NCBI GenBank assembly: GCA_044229845.1 | Contig: JBGASG010000001.1 | Span: 544,001-608,000 of the forward strand | From: Candidatus Obscuribacteraceae bacterium | GTDB lineage: Bacteria; Cyanobacteriota; Vampirovibrionia; Obscuribacterales; Obscuribacteraceae | Direction: 5' to 3' | Length of the DNA stretch: 64,000 nt | Part shown: positions 38,211 through 48,380 of the stretch, in pieces | Layout of the letters: each line of letters opens with the position of its first letter | How positions within the stretch are numbered: position 1 is the stretch's first letter | The notes under the pieces: generated by a model | Seen by the model: the letters and a program-made list of their open reading frames with translations, nothing else | Told to the model about the DNA's origin: nothing | The model's database searches: none | Made by a program: the position numbers and the translations under genes

Positions 38211-39464
38211 ATGCCACCACAGGTAGTTATTGTCGGCGGTGGATTTGCCGGTTTGCATGCCGCGCGAGGACTGGCCAGACTGCCGGTCGAAGTAACCATT
38301 GTCGACCGCAAAAACCATCATACTTTTCAGCCGCTCCTCTATCAGGTGGCGACGGCGACCCTGGCTCCTGAGAATATTGCTCAGCCAATCAGATCGATTC
38401 TGCGCGACTACAAAAACGTGAAGGTGTTGCTGGATGAGGTGACCGGCTTTGACCTGGTGAAAAGCGCCGTGCTCTGCAGAAACATCACACTGCCTTTCGA
38501 TTATTTGGTTCTGGCTGCCGGTGCCACCCACTCCTATTTCGGCAACGATATGTGGGAGCAATTTGCGCCCGGACTGAAGACTGTCGAAGATGCACTCGAG
38601 ATCAGGCGGCGGGTGCTTCTGGCTTTTGAATTGGCTGAGCGTCAGGTGGCTGAAACCGGCTCGCACGATCCGCTCAATTTCATCGTCATCGGCGGCGGAC
38701 CTACAGGTGTCGAACTGGCTGGGGCCATTTGTGAAACTTGCAAGATCTACATGAGCCATGAATACAGATTGATAGATCCCGCTAAAGCTCGGGTTCTGCT
38801 CGTGGAGGGACAGGGGCGCATCCTCGGACCGTATCCGGAGGAATTATCCAAAAGCGCGGCGCGGCAACTACAAAGCATGGGTGTCGAGATTCTCACCTCG
38901 ACGCAAGTCGTGGATGTGTGTGCCGATCAGATAGTCACCAAAGAAGCCACCATAAAAGCCGCCGCCATCATCTGGGCCGCCGGTGTGCAGGCGTCTCCGC
39001 TGGGCAAGCTGCTTGGGGTCGAGACTGACCGCCGGGGCTGCGTGATCGTCAACGAGTTTTTGAATCCGCCCGGTCAGGCAAATATCTTTGTTTGCGGGGA
39101 CCTGGCGCACGCGGAAGAAAACGGCAAGCAGCTTCCGGGGGTGGCACCGTGCGCGATGCAGATGGGCGATCATGCGGCTCTCGAAATCGCCGGCGATCTC
39201 AGCGGTAAGCCACGCACCAGGTTTCATTACTTCGACAAGGGGGACATGGCGACGATCGGGCGCCGGCGAGCTGTCGCCGATGTGAAATGGCCTTTCCGTG
39301 CACGTCTGCAAGGCTATCTCGCCTGGCTCTCGTGGCTTTTGATCCACCTGCTGTTTTTGATAGGACTGCGCAATCGTATGATGGTGCTGCTCGAATGGAT
39401 CTGGACGTACTACGCGCGAGGACGCGGCGTCCGCCTGATCACCGACAAGCAGTCTCGTGATTAG
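38211..39464 (+). CDS. ndh: type II NADH dehydrogenase (NDH-2)
   Basis: VVIVGGGFAG, FQPLLYQVAT, IGGGPTGVELAG, YFDKGDMATIGR. Confidence 0.9.
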   Translation: MPPQVVIVGGGFAGLHAARGLARLPVEVTIVDRKNHHTFQPLLYQVATATLAPENIAQPIRSILRDYKNVKVLLDEVTGFDLVKSAVLCRNITLPFDYLVLAAGATHSYFGNDMWEQFAPGLKTVEDALEIRRRVLLAFELAERQVAETGSHDPLNFIVIGGGPTGVELAGAICETCKIYMSHEYRLIDPAKARVLLVEGQGRILGPYPEELSKSAARQLQSMGVEILTSTQVVDVCADQIVTKEATIKAAAIIWAAGVQASPLGKLLGVETDRRGCVIVNEFLNPPGQANIFVCGDLAHAEENGKQLPGVAPCAMQMGDHAALEIAGDLSGKPRTRFHYFDKGDMATIGRRRAVADVKWPFRARLQGYLAWLSWLLIHLLFLIGLRNRMMVLLEWIWTYYARGRGVRLITDKQSRD

Positions 39465-40060
39465 GACTCAGGCATCGGTTCCGGAGCCAGTTCCTTGGTC
39501 TTTTGCCAGCGTCCGCGATAGTGCAATTTCTTCCACTTCCCGTCTTTCTTAACGAACACATCGGTGATGTTTGATTTTTCGCGAGTCGGGTGTGCACCGC
39601 CTACGGATCTGTAGGCGACGAAAGTGACGACCGCTGTATCACCTGTGACTTTGGCGTACGGCATGTCGATGGTGAATGAGAGCAGAGGATGCTCACCGTC
39701 CGGCTTGTTAGCGGCAAACGATTCTTTCAGGTTGGACAGCACGTTCTCTTTTCCGGAGACGAGTTTATGGGTGTCTTCCTGGAACGTGGTGCAATTGTCG
39801 TCCAAATATTCTTCGTAAGTTTTCAGGTCGCCCGCGGTGTAGGCCTTGACCAGGAGTTGCAAAGTTTCGATTACTTTGGCAGATTCAGGACAGGCTGCAT
39901 GCGGCGAGTGGCATTTGACCTTGCATTCGCCCTCGCCCACCGGCTTGGCGTCGAATTGCGAGGCGTCGATAGCGAATGCTGGAATTGCGAACGACATTAC
40001 AGACAAGGCTGCCGAGAGGGATGCCAAGTGGATTGTCGTTCTTCTTATCATGCGCAGCAC
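39461..40060 (-). CDS. exported NTF2/SnoaL-like (DUF4440-type) protein
   Basis: Signal peptide; AYTAGDLKTY..., GDTAVV, TDVFVKKDGKWK. Confidence 0.75.
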   Translation of the reverse strand: MLRMIRRTTIHLASLSAALSVMSFAIPAFAIDASQFDAKPVGEGECKVKCHSPHAACPESAKVIETLQLLVKAYTAGDLKTYEEYLDDNCTTFQEDTHKLVSGKENVLSNLKESFAANKPDGEHPLLSFTIDMPYAKVTGDTAVVTFVAYRSVGGAHPTREKSNITDVFVKKDGKWKKLHYRGRWQKTKELAPEPMPES

Positions 40061-40122
40061 CTCATTAAACCGGTCTAGTTTATCAGTAATGATGTCAATT
40101 TGAGCGAGATTTTATCTGTATT

Positions 40123-40416
40123 TCATCTGGCGTTACGCAATGCTGCATCCACGTCGTCGAGCGCCTGATCGACTTGTTTGATGTATTGATCGATGCGCGT
40201 CAGTCGCTGATTCAACCGATCAATTTGTCCCTGCGTCTCCCCGAAGGCTTGCTTCAGTTCTGCTCGTTGAGAGAGCAGTGCGTCGCGCGAACGCTTCAAA
40301 TTGTCCTGCAGATATGGATCGTAGCCCGGGGCGCAAGCCGCACGGGGAGCGATAGTTAAGCCGACAGATAAGCCGATGAGAATAGCCAGACACAGCCATG
40401 CACGATGTGGTTGCAT
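40123..40416 (-). CDS. small exported coiled-coil protein
   Basis: Signal peptide followed by a heptad pattern; AAGGA RBS. Confidence 0.65.
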   Translation of the reverse strand: MQPHRAWLCLAILIGLSVGLTIAPRAACAPGYDPYLQDNLKRSRDALLSQRAELKQAFGETQGQIDRLNQRLTRIDQYIKQVDQALDDVDAALRNAR

Positions 40417-40746
40417 TCGTTATTTCCTTTGCCCCAACCGGCTGCGAACAGTTTCTTCAGCAGCCTCAGCAGAAATTATCGACTCAGCCATGACAACTGT
40501 CTAGCACTTATGTCTCAAAGCAAAGCGCGGAAATTCACGAGCTTTTGCGGCGGCGAATTCAGCGCAAGTTTCGAGGCTCTCTGTTTTCGCTCCGGTTAGT
40601 AGGGCGTAACGTGCATTTTACATTTAATCCAGGGTGCCTTGGTTGTCCCTGATACAGCAATGAGCCATTCCTGTTGATATCCAGACAGAGCTTCGCGCTA
40701 GTCTGGCTTGGCGCTCGCTCTGATTTAATGAATTCCCTGGTACTTG

Positions 40747-40792
40747 TTGACAAAAAGTGCTAAACTGATTATTAGCGTAAAACTGACGTTTA
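40747..40792 (+). promoter_or_regulatory. nadCAB promoter overlapped by candidate NrtR operator
   Basis: TTGACA (40747-40752), 17 nt, TATTAG (40770-40775); TTAGC-GT-AAAACTG-AC-GTTTA (40772-40792) fits GT-N7-AC. Confidence 0.65.
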
Positions 40793-40863
40793 CTTAAAAC
40801 GAATCGCCACGTACGCAGGTCCTTCAAGGAAGTCCACGATATATTCACTGGATAGATGGAATC

Positions 40864-41838
40864 ATGACCAGCACGACACATGCAAAACTCATCACTAACT
40901 CGCCGGAAGCGGCAGTCGTCAGCGCTGACTCTGCAAAAGAAACCGCAGCGCCGCGCTTTCAGTTGCAAACGCCGACGCCGTCCCAACTCTTCAACAATCT
41001 GCAACCAGATCTAGAGAAGATAGTGAGAACGGCTCTGACCGAAGATCTTGGACGGGAAGGTGACATCACTGCTGACAGTGTAATACCAGGTGACTTGCAA
41101 GTAACTGCTGAGGTCATCTTCAAAGAGTCCGGTGTTCTAGCCGGGTTGCCGGTTATGCAGCGCGTGTTTGAGATTCTCGATCCAAGCATTCAGTTCATGC
41201 CGCTCGTCGCCGAGGGCACGTACATAGGCGAGAAGGCAGTGCCCATCAAAATCGCGACCCTGAGCGGCGCTGCTCGTTCGGTGCTCAGCGGGGAACGCAC
41301 CGCACTCAATTTGATCCAACGTCTGTCCGGCATTGCCACGATGACATACAGTTTCGTCAAAGTGGCTCGGCCCTTCAAAATCGCTATACTCGACACGCGC
41401 AAGACCACGCCTGGACTGCGCTCTCTCGAGAAGTACGCGGTCAGGGTCGGCGGCGGCGTCAATCATCGCATTGGTTTGTACGACCGCATTCTTATCAAAG
41501 ACAATCATGTGCGCATTGCCGGTGGTGTCAGCGAAGCCCTCGCTCGGGCTCGGCAGACCAGACCCGACGATGTCGTGGAAGTTGAAGTCACTACCCTGGC
41601 AGAAACAGAAGCAGCTGCTTGCGGCGGTGCCGACATCATCATGCTCGATAACATGAGCCCGGACACCATCAAGGAAGCCATTCGCGTCATCGGCGGCAGG
41701 AGTTTTGTGGAGGTTTCTGGCGGCGTCAAATTGAGCAATCTGTCCAATTATCTGATCCAGGGGGTGGATGCCATCTCGGTAGGTGCGCTTACGCACTCTA
41801 TTAAAAGCATCGACATCAGCCTGGAAATAGAGGGCTAG
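40864..41838 (+). CDS. nadC: nicotinate-nucleotide diphosphorylase (quinolinate phosphoribosyltransferase)
   Basis: ERTALNLIQRLSGIAT, DTRKTTPGLR, LIKDNH, IMLDNM, ISVGALTHS. Confidence 0.96.
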   Translation: MTSTTHAKLITNSPEAAVVSADSAKETAAPRFQLQTPTPSQLFNNLQPDLEKIVRTALTEDLGREGDITADSVIPGDLQVTAEVIFKESGVLAGLPVMQRVFEILDPSIQFMPLVAEGTYIGEKAVPIKIATLSGAARSVLSGERTALNLIQRLSGIATMTYSFVKVARPFKIAILDTRKTTPGLRSLEKYAVRVGGGVNHRIGLYDRILIKDNHVRIAGGVSEALARARQTRPDDVVEVEVTTLAETEAAACGGADIIMLDNMSPDTIKEAIRVIGGRSFVEVSGGVKLSNLSNYLIQGVDAISVGALTHSIKSIDISLEIEG

Positions 41839-41842
41839 TGCC

Positions 41843-42820
41843 ATGGCAACCGTATTAACTGAATTCAAAGAAACCGCTCACGAAGCACAATTGGTGTCCG
41901 AGATCTACGAGATGCGCAAGAAGCGCAATGCCGTTATTCTCGCGCACAATTATCAGATTCCCGAGATCCAGGATGTCGCGGATTTTGTCGGCGACTCGCT
42001 GGGACTGTCGCAGCAGGCCGCTAAGACCAGCGGTAAGGTCATCGTTTTCTGCGGCGTGCACTTCATGGCTGAAACTGCAGCCATTCTTTGCCCCGATAAA
42101 CGGGTTTTGATTCCGGATCTCGATGCCGGCTGCTCGCTGGCGGCGTCGATCAATATCGATGAACTGAGAGCCTGGAAAGCTGAGCATCCGGATGCGGTAG
42201 TCGTTTCTTACGTCAACACGACGGCTGACATCAAGGCGGAGACCGACTACTGCTGCACCTCCGGAAATGCGCTGAAGGTCGTGCAGTCAATTCCCGAGGA
42301 CAAAGAAATTCTGTTTCTCCCTGATCAATTCTTAGGCTCCTGGGTCCAGAAGATGACTGGGCGCAAGAATATGCACATCTGGATGGGCGAGTGCCACGTG
42401 CACGCCGCTATCCCGCCGGCGCGCATCGACGAACAGATCAATGCGCACCCGAAGGCGGAATTGCTCATTCACCCCGAATGCGGCTGCCTGACCCCTTATC
42501 TTGACCGGGTCGTACGCCAGAACGGCTGCAGCGCGCTAAAAGTGCGCTCCACCGAAGGCATGATTAACCAGGTTCGTGAATCCAAAGCCAACGAGTTTGT
42601 CGTGGCGACGGAAATCGGAATTTTGCACCGCTTGCAGAAAGAAAACCCCGAAAAGACGTTCCTGCCGATAGACAACGAAATGAGCTGCAAATACATGAAA
42701 ATGATCACTCTTGAGAAATTGCATCGCGCGCTCAAAGATGATGTCTATCACGTGACCGTCCCGGAAGAAACCCGGGTCAAGGCTCTGAAATCCATTGAGC
42801 GCATGATCTCGATTTATTGA
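41843..42820 (+). CDS. nadA: quinolinate synthase
   Basis: ILAHNYQ, FCGVHFMAET, AGCSLA, YVNT, ECHVH, HPEC, CKYMK. Confidence 0.96.
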   Translation: MATVLTEFKETAHEAQLVSEIYEMRKKRNAVILAHNYQIPEIQDVADFVGDSLGLSQQAAKTSGKVIVFCGVHFMAETAAILCPDKRVLIPDLDAGCSLAASINIDELRAWKAEHPDAVVVSYVNTTADIKAETDYCCTSGNALKVVQSIPEDKEILFLPDQFLGSWVQKMTGRKNMHIWMGECHVHAAIPPARIDEQINAHPKAELLIHPECGCLTPYLDRVVRQNGCSALKVRSTEGMINQVRESKANEFVVATEIGILHRLQKENPEKTFLPIDNEMSCKYMKMITLEKLHRALKDDVYHVTVPEETRVKALKSIERMISIY

Positions 42821-42852
42821 AGTCCATCTGAGATTGAAGGAGGTAAGTCACC

Positions 42853-44490
42853 ATGGCTTACCCGGCACAAAGCAAAATTGAAACTGAAGTACTCGTCTTG
42901 GGATCGGGCATCGCAGGTCTTCTGGCTGCCTACGAGTTGCAAGCCTCCGGCGCCCGGGTCATCGTAGCCACCAAAGGCAAGTTGGCAGATTCCAACTCGA
43001 CGCTGGCCCAAGGAGGATTAGCGGCTGTGACGCCCAGCAATCCGCTCGATACACCCCAACTGCACCTGGCTGACACGCTTTCCGCTGGTGCGGGACTGTC
43101 GGATGAGCATATCGCTCGCGTCATAGTCAACGATGGGCAGGCGCTGGTTTCTCGACTGCAGGAGTTGGGTGTGATTTTCGATCGCGCCGAGCAGGTTGCG
43201 GGAAGACCTCTGGAATTGGCGCGCGAGGGAGGACACTCTCAGGCGCGTGTGTTGCACAATAAAGATGCCTCCGGCAAAGCTATAACAACCGGACTGATTC
43301 AAGCTCTGCGCAGCGCTCCTCATGCTCAGGTGCTCGAGGACATTTTTGCTCTCGATCTGATTGTCTCGGAGTACGGATGCGAGGGTGCACGGCTGCTGAT
43401 CGGTAGTGAAATGGTGGAAATCCTCGCCGAATACACGATTCTTGCTACCGGAGGACTGGGGCAGATCTTCGCTCGTACCACCAATCCGGCGATTGCCACC
43501 GGTGATGGTATCGCTATGGCATTCCGCGCCGGAGCCAATGTCGTAGATATGGAGTTCGTCCAGTTCCACCCGACGGCGCTTGTCAAAGAAGGAGCGCCGG
43601 CCGCGCTCATATCGGAGGCTGTGCGCGGAGCGGGAGCTCATTTGATTGATAAGAGCGGAGTGCGCTTTGCCTTCAATTATCATGCAGACGGCGAACTGGC
43701 GACCCGTGATGTAGTGGCGCGGGCCATTCTCAACACGATGATCGAGCAGGAACTGCCGCATGTCTGGTTGGATTTGCGTCCGATCGGCGGTGCCAGCATC
43801 GAGCACCAGTTTCCCAACATAGTGAAGAACTGCCGTGCACGCGGCATCGATCCGGTCACCGCACCGGTGCCGGTGGCACCTGCGGCCCACTATTTCATGG
43901 GCGGCATCTGGACGGATGATGTAGGTCAATCAACGGTGCCGCGCTTGTTTGCTATCGGTGAGTGCGCTTCAACAGGGCTGCATGGAGCCAATCGTCTGGC
44001 GAGTAATTCGCTGCTCGAAGGCGGCGTTATGGCGAGGCGCGCGGCTAATAAGATTGCGGGCGAACTGGGCGGGGCGCGTGCGTACGTCAAGTTCCCCGAT
44101 ACGTTTTCGCACCAGAGACAATCGTACCCGACGCCGGAAGACGTCCGCCGTTTCAAGAAAGACATGTTCGAGAACGTTGGGCTGCAACGCGACGGCGATC
44201 ACTTGCAGCGGTTCATCGAAGAATTGACCGACAAGTGTCCGCAAACCCTGGTCACTGAAGACAGACAGGTCGCGGAAGCGGCTAACATGGCCCTCTTGGG
44301 CTGGTTGATTGCGCGCGCGGCCCTCGAGCGCAAGGAATCGCGCGGCGCTCACTGGCGGACCGACTTTTCCTCCGCGAGCGACGATTTCCTGGGACGCTAC
44401 AGCATGTCTAAAGACGGGGCGGAATGGCTGCCGCTGGCACACCCGCAAGTGGTACTACCGGCAGTTCCAACCACGATTGCGCGCCGCTAA
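42853..44490 (+). CDS. nadB: L-aspartate oxidase
   Basis: GSGIAGL, AQGGLAAV, REGGHS, QFHPT, ISEAVRGAG, AHYFMGG, GLHGANRLASNSLLEG, ESRGAH. Confidence 0.95.
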   Translation: MAYPAQSKIETEVLVLGSGIAGLLAAYELQASGARVIVATKGKLADSNSTLAQGGLAAVTPSNPLDTPQLHLADTLSAGAGLSDEHIARVIVNDGQALVSRLQELGVIFDRAEQVAGRPLELAREGGHSQARVLHNKDASGKAITTGLIQALRSAPHAQVLEDIFALDLIVSEYGCEGARLLIGSEMVEILAEYTILATGGLGQIFARTTNPAIATGDGIAMAFRAGANVVDMEFVQFHPTALVKEGAPAALISEAVRGAGAHLIDKSGVRFAFNYHADGELATRDVVARAILNTMIEQELPHVWLDLRPIGGASIEHQFPNIVKNCRARGIDPVTAPVPVAPAAHYFMGGIWTDDVGQSTVPRLFAIGECASTGLHGANRLASNSLLEGGVMARRAANKIAGELGGARAYVKFPDTFSHQRQSYPTPEDVRRFKKDMFENVGLQRDGDHLQRFIEELTDKCPQTLVTEDRQVAEAANMALLGWLIARAALERKESRGAHWRTDFSSASDDFLGRYSMSKDGAEWLPLAHPQVVLPAVPTTIARR

Positions 44491-44516
44491 TCCTCGCGCT
44501 CCCGAGAGGACCGTTG

Positions 44517-45572
44517 TTACTTCGATGTACCAAGTTCTTGAAGCAGCTGAGCAGCTTGCGGATGAGATGTGTTGCTCAGATAATTGATGAAAGCCGGTCT
44601 GGCAAAGGGGCGTTTTTTGATGCTGGAGGCGAGACGCAAAACGGCGGCATCGGCTGACGCAGTAATTTGCGGGTTGTTCTTAGCGTCTGGATGCTTGTGT
44701 GCAATAACGTCTAGCATGTCCAGGGCATCGGCGACCTGCAGGTCGGTTGAATAGCTCAGCTTGGCTATCAAACGCTCCACCAACACCGGATCGTCAATCG
44801 TGTCAAACAGAAACAATGCCTTAGTCAGCTGAGCATTCGGTCCTCGCAATTCGATTGAAGCGGTGATCTCTTTCTGGATGTCTGCCTTCGACCAGCCTGG
44901 CTTAAACAAGGATTGATTGACATCGGACCAGTCTCCACGAGGCAGCGGCAAATAGTTGATTGCTATCTGCGGAACTGGTTCTGTGTGGCTATAAGTCTTG
45001 TCCAGAATTGCTCGTATTGCTCTCTTATCGGGAGCCATGCAAAGTAAGGACGGCAAGTAATAACTGAGCACCGGCGAATTGGCGAATGGACGAAAACGCG
45101 TTTGCGTCTGCAACCAGGACAGTCGTTTTTCGATCGTGGATGGCTGCACTCTGAATTTGATCCACTGCGATTGTGCCAGGACATGAGTTTTATCGCGCGG
45201 ATCGATGACGCTCCAGCGCACCGAGTATTTGCCTGGTGCAGGAAAGGGATGAATAATGTGCAACGGCAGGTGATTGGGACGGGTTTGCCGGCTCGAGATA
45301 GATTCACTTTGATTGGTATCGGTAACAAGAATCGTTTTGTCGCCCTCGCGCAGTTCGATGCGATTCATTCCGAAATCCACTGGATTTGGCGAGAATGGAT
45401 AGTAACAAGTGAACGGCTTCTTCAAATCGGAATCCAGCCACACAGGCAGTCCGCAATAGGCTGGCTGACTGACCATCAGGCGGAAAGACTGGGGTTCTTT
45501 CGCGCAGACAGAGGGAGCTGTTGTAATCCAGAAGATGAAACCTGCCACCAGTGGCAATAGTAATTTGTGCAT
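44517..45572 (-). CDS. exported hypothetical protein (beta N-domain, helical C-domain)
   Basis: Signal peptide from MHKLLLPLVAG; PGKYSVRW Ig-like strand; start uncertain. Confidence 0.6.
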   Translation of the reverse strand: MHKLLLPLVAGFIFWITTAPSVCAKEPQSFRLMVSQPAYCGLPVWLDSDLKKPFTCYYPFSPNPVDFGMNRIELREGDKTILVTDTNQSESISSRQTRPNHLPLHIIHPFPAPGKYSVRWSVIDPRDKTHVLAQSQWIKFRVQPSTIEKRLSWLQTQTRFRPFANSPVLSYYLPSLLCMAPDKRAIRAILDKTYSHTEPVPQIAINYLPLPRGDWSDVNQSLFKPGWSKADIQKEITASIELRGPNAQLTKALFLFDTIDDPVLVERLIAKLSYSTDLQVADALDMLDVIAHKHPDAKNNPQITASADAAVLRLASSIKKRPFARPAFINYLSNTSHPQAAQLLQELGTSK

Positions 45573-45635
45573 CGGCCATTGACCGTGAAGTATGACTGCA
45601 CCATTATACGAGGTTGAGGAAGAGCAGGTCATCAA

Positions 45636-46625
45636 GTGAAGAAACTTCGGAGTTGGCTGACCACACTTCTGGGCATTGCGATCATTGCCGCCCTGATCAT
45701 GTGGCTGAACTCCGGCGAAGCTCTCCACCTGCTCTCTCGCGCGGACTGGGCATTACTGGTAGTGGCAGTAATTTGCACGACTGCATCGTATCTTTGTATG
45801 AGCATAGCCTACGAGCAGATCAATCGTATTTTCAATGTGGCTGCGTCTACGAAAAGCTTGCTGGCGATTGGCTTCTTATCCACGGCACTGGGTGAGTTCA
45901 TGAGCATGGGCGGACTGAGCATGCATTCGGCACGCCTGGTCTTTCTGAAGAAGGAAGGCGTGCCCTATGCAGATGCACTAGCGGCCTCGCTGTTCAATAC
46001 CTATTTGAATGCAGTGGTGTTGCTATCGCTGGCTCCTTTCGGACTGATGCGCATCTTGCGTGAGCATAAGCTACGTACGTCGGTGGAGACATCTTTGGTA
46101 ACCGGTACGCTGTTGTTGTCCGTGATATTGGTGGCACTGGGATTTGCGATGTTCAAATCAAGCGTGCGCCAGACTTTCATTGCTGCATTCAAGGTCTGGG
46201 CGAACAAGTGCGGTAGACTTGACGGACTTGAGAAGTTTATTCTTTCCTTTGACAATACATTCGATCGCGGTGCCTTGCAGTTTCGCCGGCACCGCAAGCT
46301 GGTCGCCTGGACGATCACCCTCATGGTAGCCGACTGGCTGTTTGCGGCGGCTGCGCTTTGGTTTTGCATGGATGCCCTGGCGGCACCAATTGATCTAGGC
46401 ATTTTGCTTACTGGATTCTGCGCCGGCATGGCGCTGGCGTTCCTTTCTATGATCCCCGGTGGATTGGGTGTGCAGGAAGGATCTATGACGGCGATCTATG
46501 TAGGTTTCGGCGTCGATCCGGAACAGGCTGTGTTGGCAGTGTTGGCTTTTCGACTGGTCTACCAAACGGTGCCTTTCGTGATCAGTTTGCCACTATACAA
46601 AAGACTGATGTCTACCTGGACCTAG
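45636..46625 (+). CDS. lysylphosphatidylglycerol synthase TM / flippase-like (UPF0104) membrane protein
   Basis: Multi-TM; IPGGLGVQEGSM and AVLAFRLV motifs. Confidence 0.85.
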   Translation: MKKLRSWLTTLLGIAIIAALIMWLNSGEALHLLSRADWALLVVAVICTTASYLCMSIAYEQINRIFNVAASTKSLLAIGFLSTALGEFMSMGGLSMHSARLVFLKKEGVPYADALAASLFNTYLNAVVLLSLAPFGLMRILREHKLRTSVETSLVTGTLLLSVILVALGFAMFKSSVRQTFIAAFKVWANKCGRLDGLEKFILSFDNTFDRGALQFRRHRKLVAWTITLMVADWLFAAAALWFCMDALAAPIDLGILLTGFCAGMALAFLSMIPGGLGVQEGSMTAIYVGFGVDPEQAVLAVLAFRLVYQTVPFVISLPLYKRLMSTWT

Positions 46626-47086
46626 TCAAATAGACCGTGCAGGCGGCAGCCGAGATCTGGTCGGCATTGTTCTCCCATCGCGGATGCTGCGACGGACCCG
46701 CTGGTCGATAGGTGGAAGGAACTACCCACGGTGGCATGAACAAAGTTTTCGTTGGCTTCGGCGCGGCTCAAAAATGGATCTGTGCACGAACCGTTGCAGA
46801 GCACCATGGTGCAAAACGAAGGATTTTTCAAGTTATACAACCAGCGCTCCGCAATGCCGGATGGCACAAAAAATACCGGGCTGGCGCCAAGTGTAATCTC
46901 CGGCTTGCGGCTGAGGCGCAAGCCGGAGTTCTGTGCTTGCCCCATCATGGAAGCTATCGGGACATCATGGGACTCAGCGCAGCAGTCGGCACACGCGGGA
47001 AGGCCGCCTGGCAGGCAGCAAAAGAGAGCCAGCGCCAACACCCGGAGTTTGACTAGAAGCGGTTTAACCAACTGCACACCGGACAA
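46622..47086 (-). CDS. hypothetical Cys-rich exported protein
   Basis: Signal-like N-terminus and several Cys; start uncertain (overlaps the upstream gene). Confidence 0.45.
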   Translation of the reverse strand: MSGVQLVKPLLVKLRVLALALFCCLPGGLPACADCCAESHDVPIASMMGQAQNSGLRLSRKPEITLGASPVFFVPSGIAERWLYNLKNPSFCTMVLCNGSCTDPFLSRAEANENFVHATVGSSFHLSTSGSVAASAMGEQCRPDLGCRLHGLFD

Positions 47087-48321
47087 TGGAGCACGCCGAG
47101 TCCGCCGCCGCCGCCAAAACCGGTTCTCGAACGCACCAGCCCGCTGCCAATCGAGATGGCGCTCATTCCTACAGCTGTGGCAGCAGACTGCAGAAATTTT
47201 CTTCGACCCGGATGACTGTTCTGGCTGGCGCCGGAATTTAGCGACCCGCTGTTGGCACTCAATGGTGCTTGCTGTTGGGCAGCGCCGAGACCGGAAAATG
47301 GTGCGTTGTTGACGCTGAGATTGTTCTGATTTGCCGAAGCCGCCAGGTCTGCTTGCTGAGCCTGCCCTTGTAGAAGCGGCGTGCCGTTACTGTTACTGGG
47401 ACTGCCGGCATAGAATGGACCGGACTGATACCCAGCTTGGCGGAAATCCGGAGCGGGAGCGGGAGCGTACGGATCTTGCGAAGCCTGCGGTTGCTCGTAG
47501 CTGAACGATGAAGCTGTTGCCGCCGGTGATTGATCGGCGAATGGTTGGGCGTTGCTGCCGTACTGACCCGGCACGGCGCCGGCAGTATTGCCCAGTTTCT
47601 TCTGCACCGCCACTACAGCTTCCTGGATATCCGCGTCGTTGGGGGCACCTTCCGCAGCGGCCTGGTAGTGAGCCAGTGCGCGTTGCAGATCGCCGGTTTC
47701 TTCGCAGATTACACCCATATTGAAGTGGGCATTGACGTTTTTGGGATCGGCACGGAGAGCGCGGCGGAAAGCCGCTTTCGCCGCTGCGAGATTACCTGAG
47801 TTATGATGCTGCATTCCCAGACGAATATCGTCTTCGACATGCGCCTTCAGTGAATTTTGCGCAGCAGCAGTTTTGCCGGCTGCCGGCGGAGCAGGATGCC
47901 CATTGGTTGCCGCCAGCGGCTTGCTGGTCTTTGCCCGGGCGGCAGCGCTCGGGCGCGGCGTCGCCACCGGATGTGGTGCTATCGATTTAGGCGCCTGAGG
48001 CACAGGCTCGGTAGTCGCGGTTGCCGCCGTCGACGATACATCGACCTTGGGAAGTTCAGGCGGCTTGAAGTTTTGCACGGTAGAGCCGCCGGTCACATCA
48101 GCCAGGTCTTTGACACGTTTGACCAGTGAGCCGGTTCGCACCTGTCCGTGTACCACCTTTTCAAGCGCCGCCACCCGCTCTGCCAGGCTGAGATTGGGCT
48201 GCGCCTTGCCGGTTACTTTTGATTCCAAAAGATTGAGTTGCACATTGAGGTCGGGCGAAGAAGCTAACGCTGCCTGCGCACAGAGGATAAGTGCTGCAAT
48301 AGTGAATGCCTGTTTTCTCAT
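47053..48321 (-). CDS. exported TPR protein with low-complexity linkers
   Basis: Signal peptide; AFRRALRADPKNVNAHFNMG TPR; C-terminal LHCPVC. Confidence 0.8.
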   Translation of the reverse strand: MRKQAFTIAALILCAQAALASSPDLNVQLNLLESKVTGKAQPNLSLAERVAALEKVVHGQVRTGSLVKRVKDLADVTGGSTVQNFKPPELPKVDVSSTAATATTEPVPQAPKSIAPHPVATPRPSAAARAKTSKPLAATNGHPAPPAAGKTAAAQNSLKAHVEDDIRLGMQHHNSGNLAAAKAAFRRALRADPKNVNAHFNMGVICEETGDLQRALAHYQAAAEGAPNDADIQEAVVAVQKKLGNTAGAVPGQYGSNAQPFADQSPAATASSFSYEQPQASQDPYAPAPAPDFRQAGYQSGPFYAGSPSNSNGTPLLQGQAQQADLAASANQNNLSVNNAPFSGLGAAQQQAPLSANSGSLNSGASQNSHPGRRKFLQSAATAVGMSAISIGSGLVRSRTGFGGGGGLGVLHCPVCSWLNRF

Positions 48322-48380
48322 TTAGGCTGCATTCGAGTTACTGAATCCCAACATATCACAGAAGACATTACTTAGATCGA

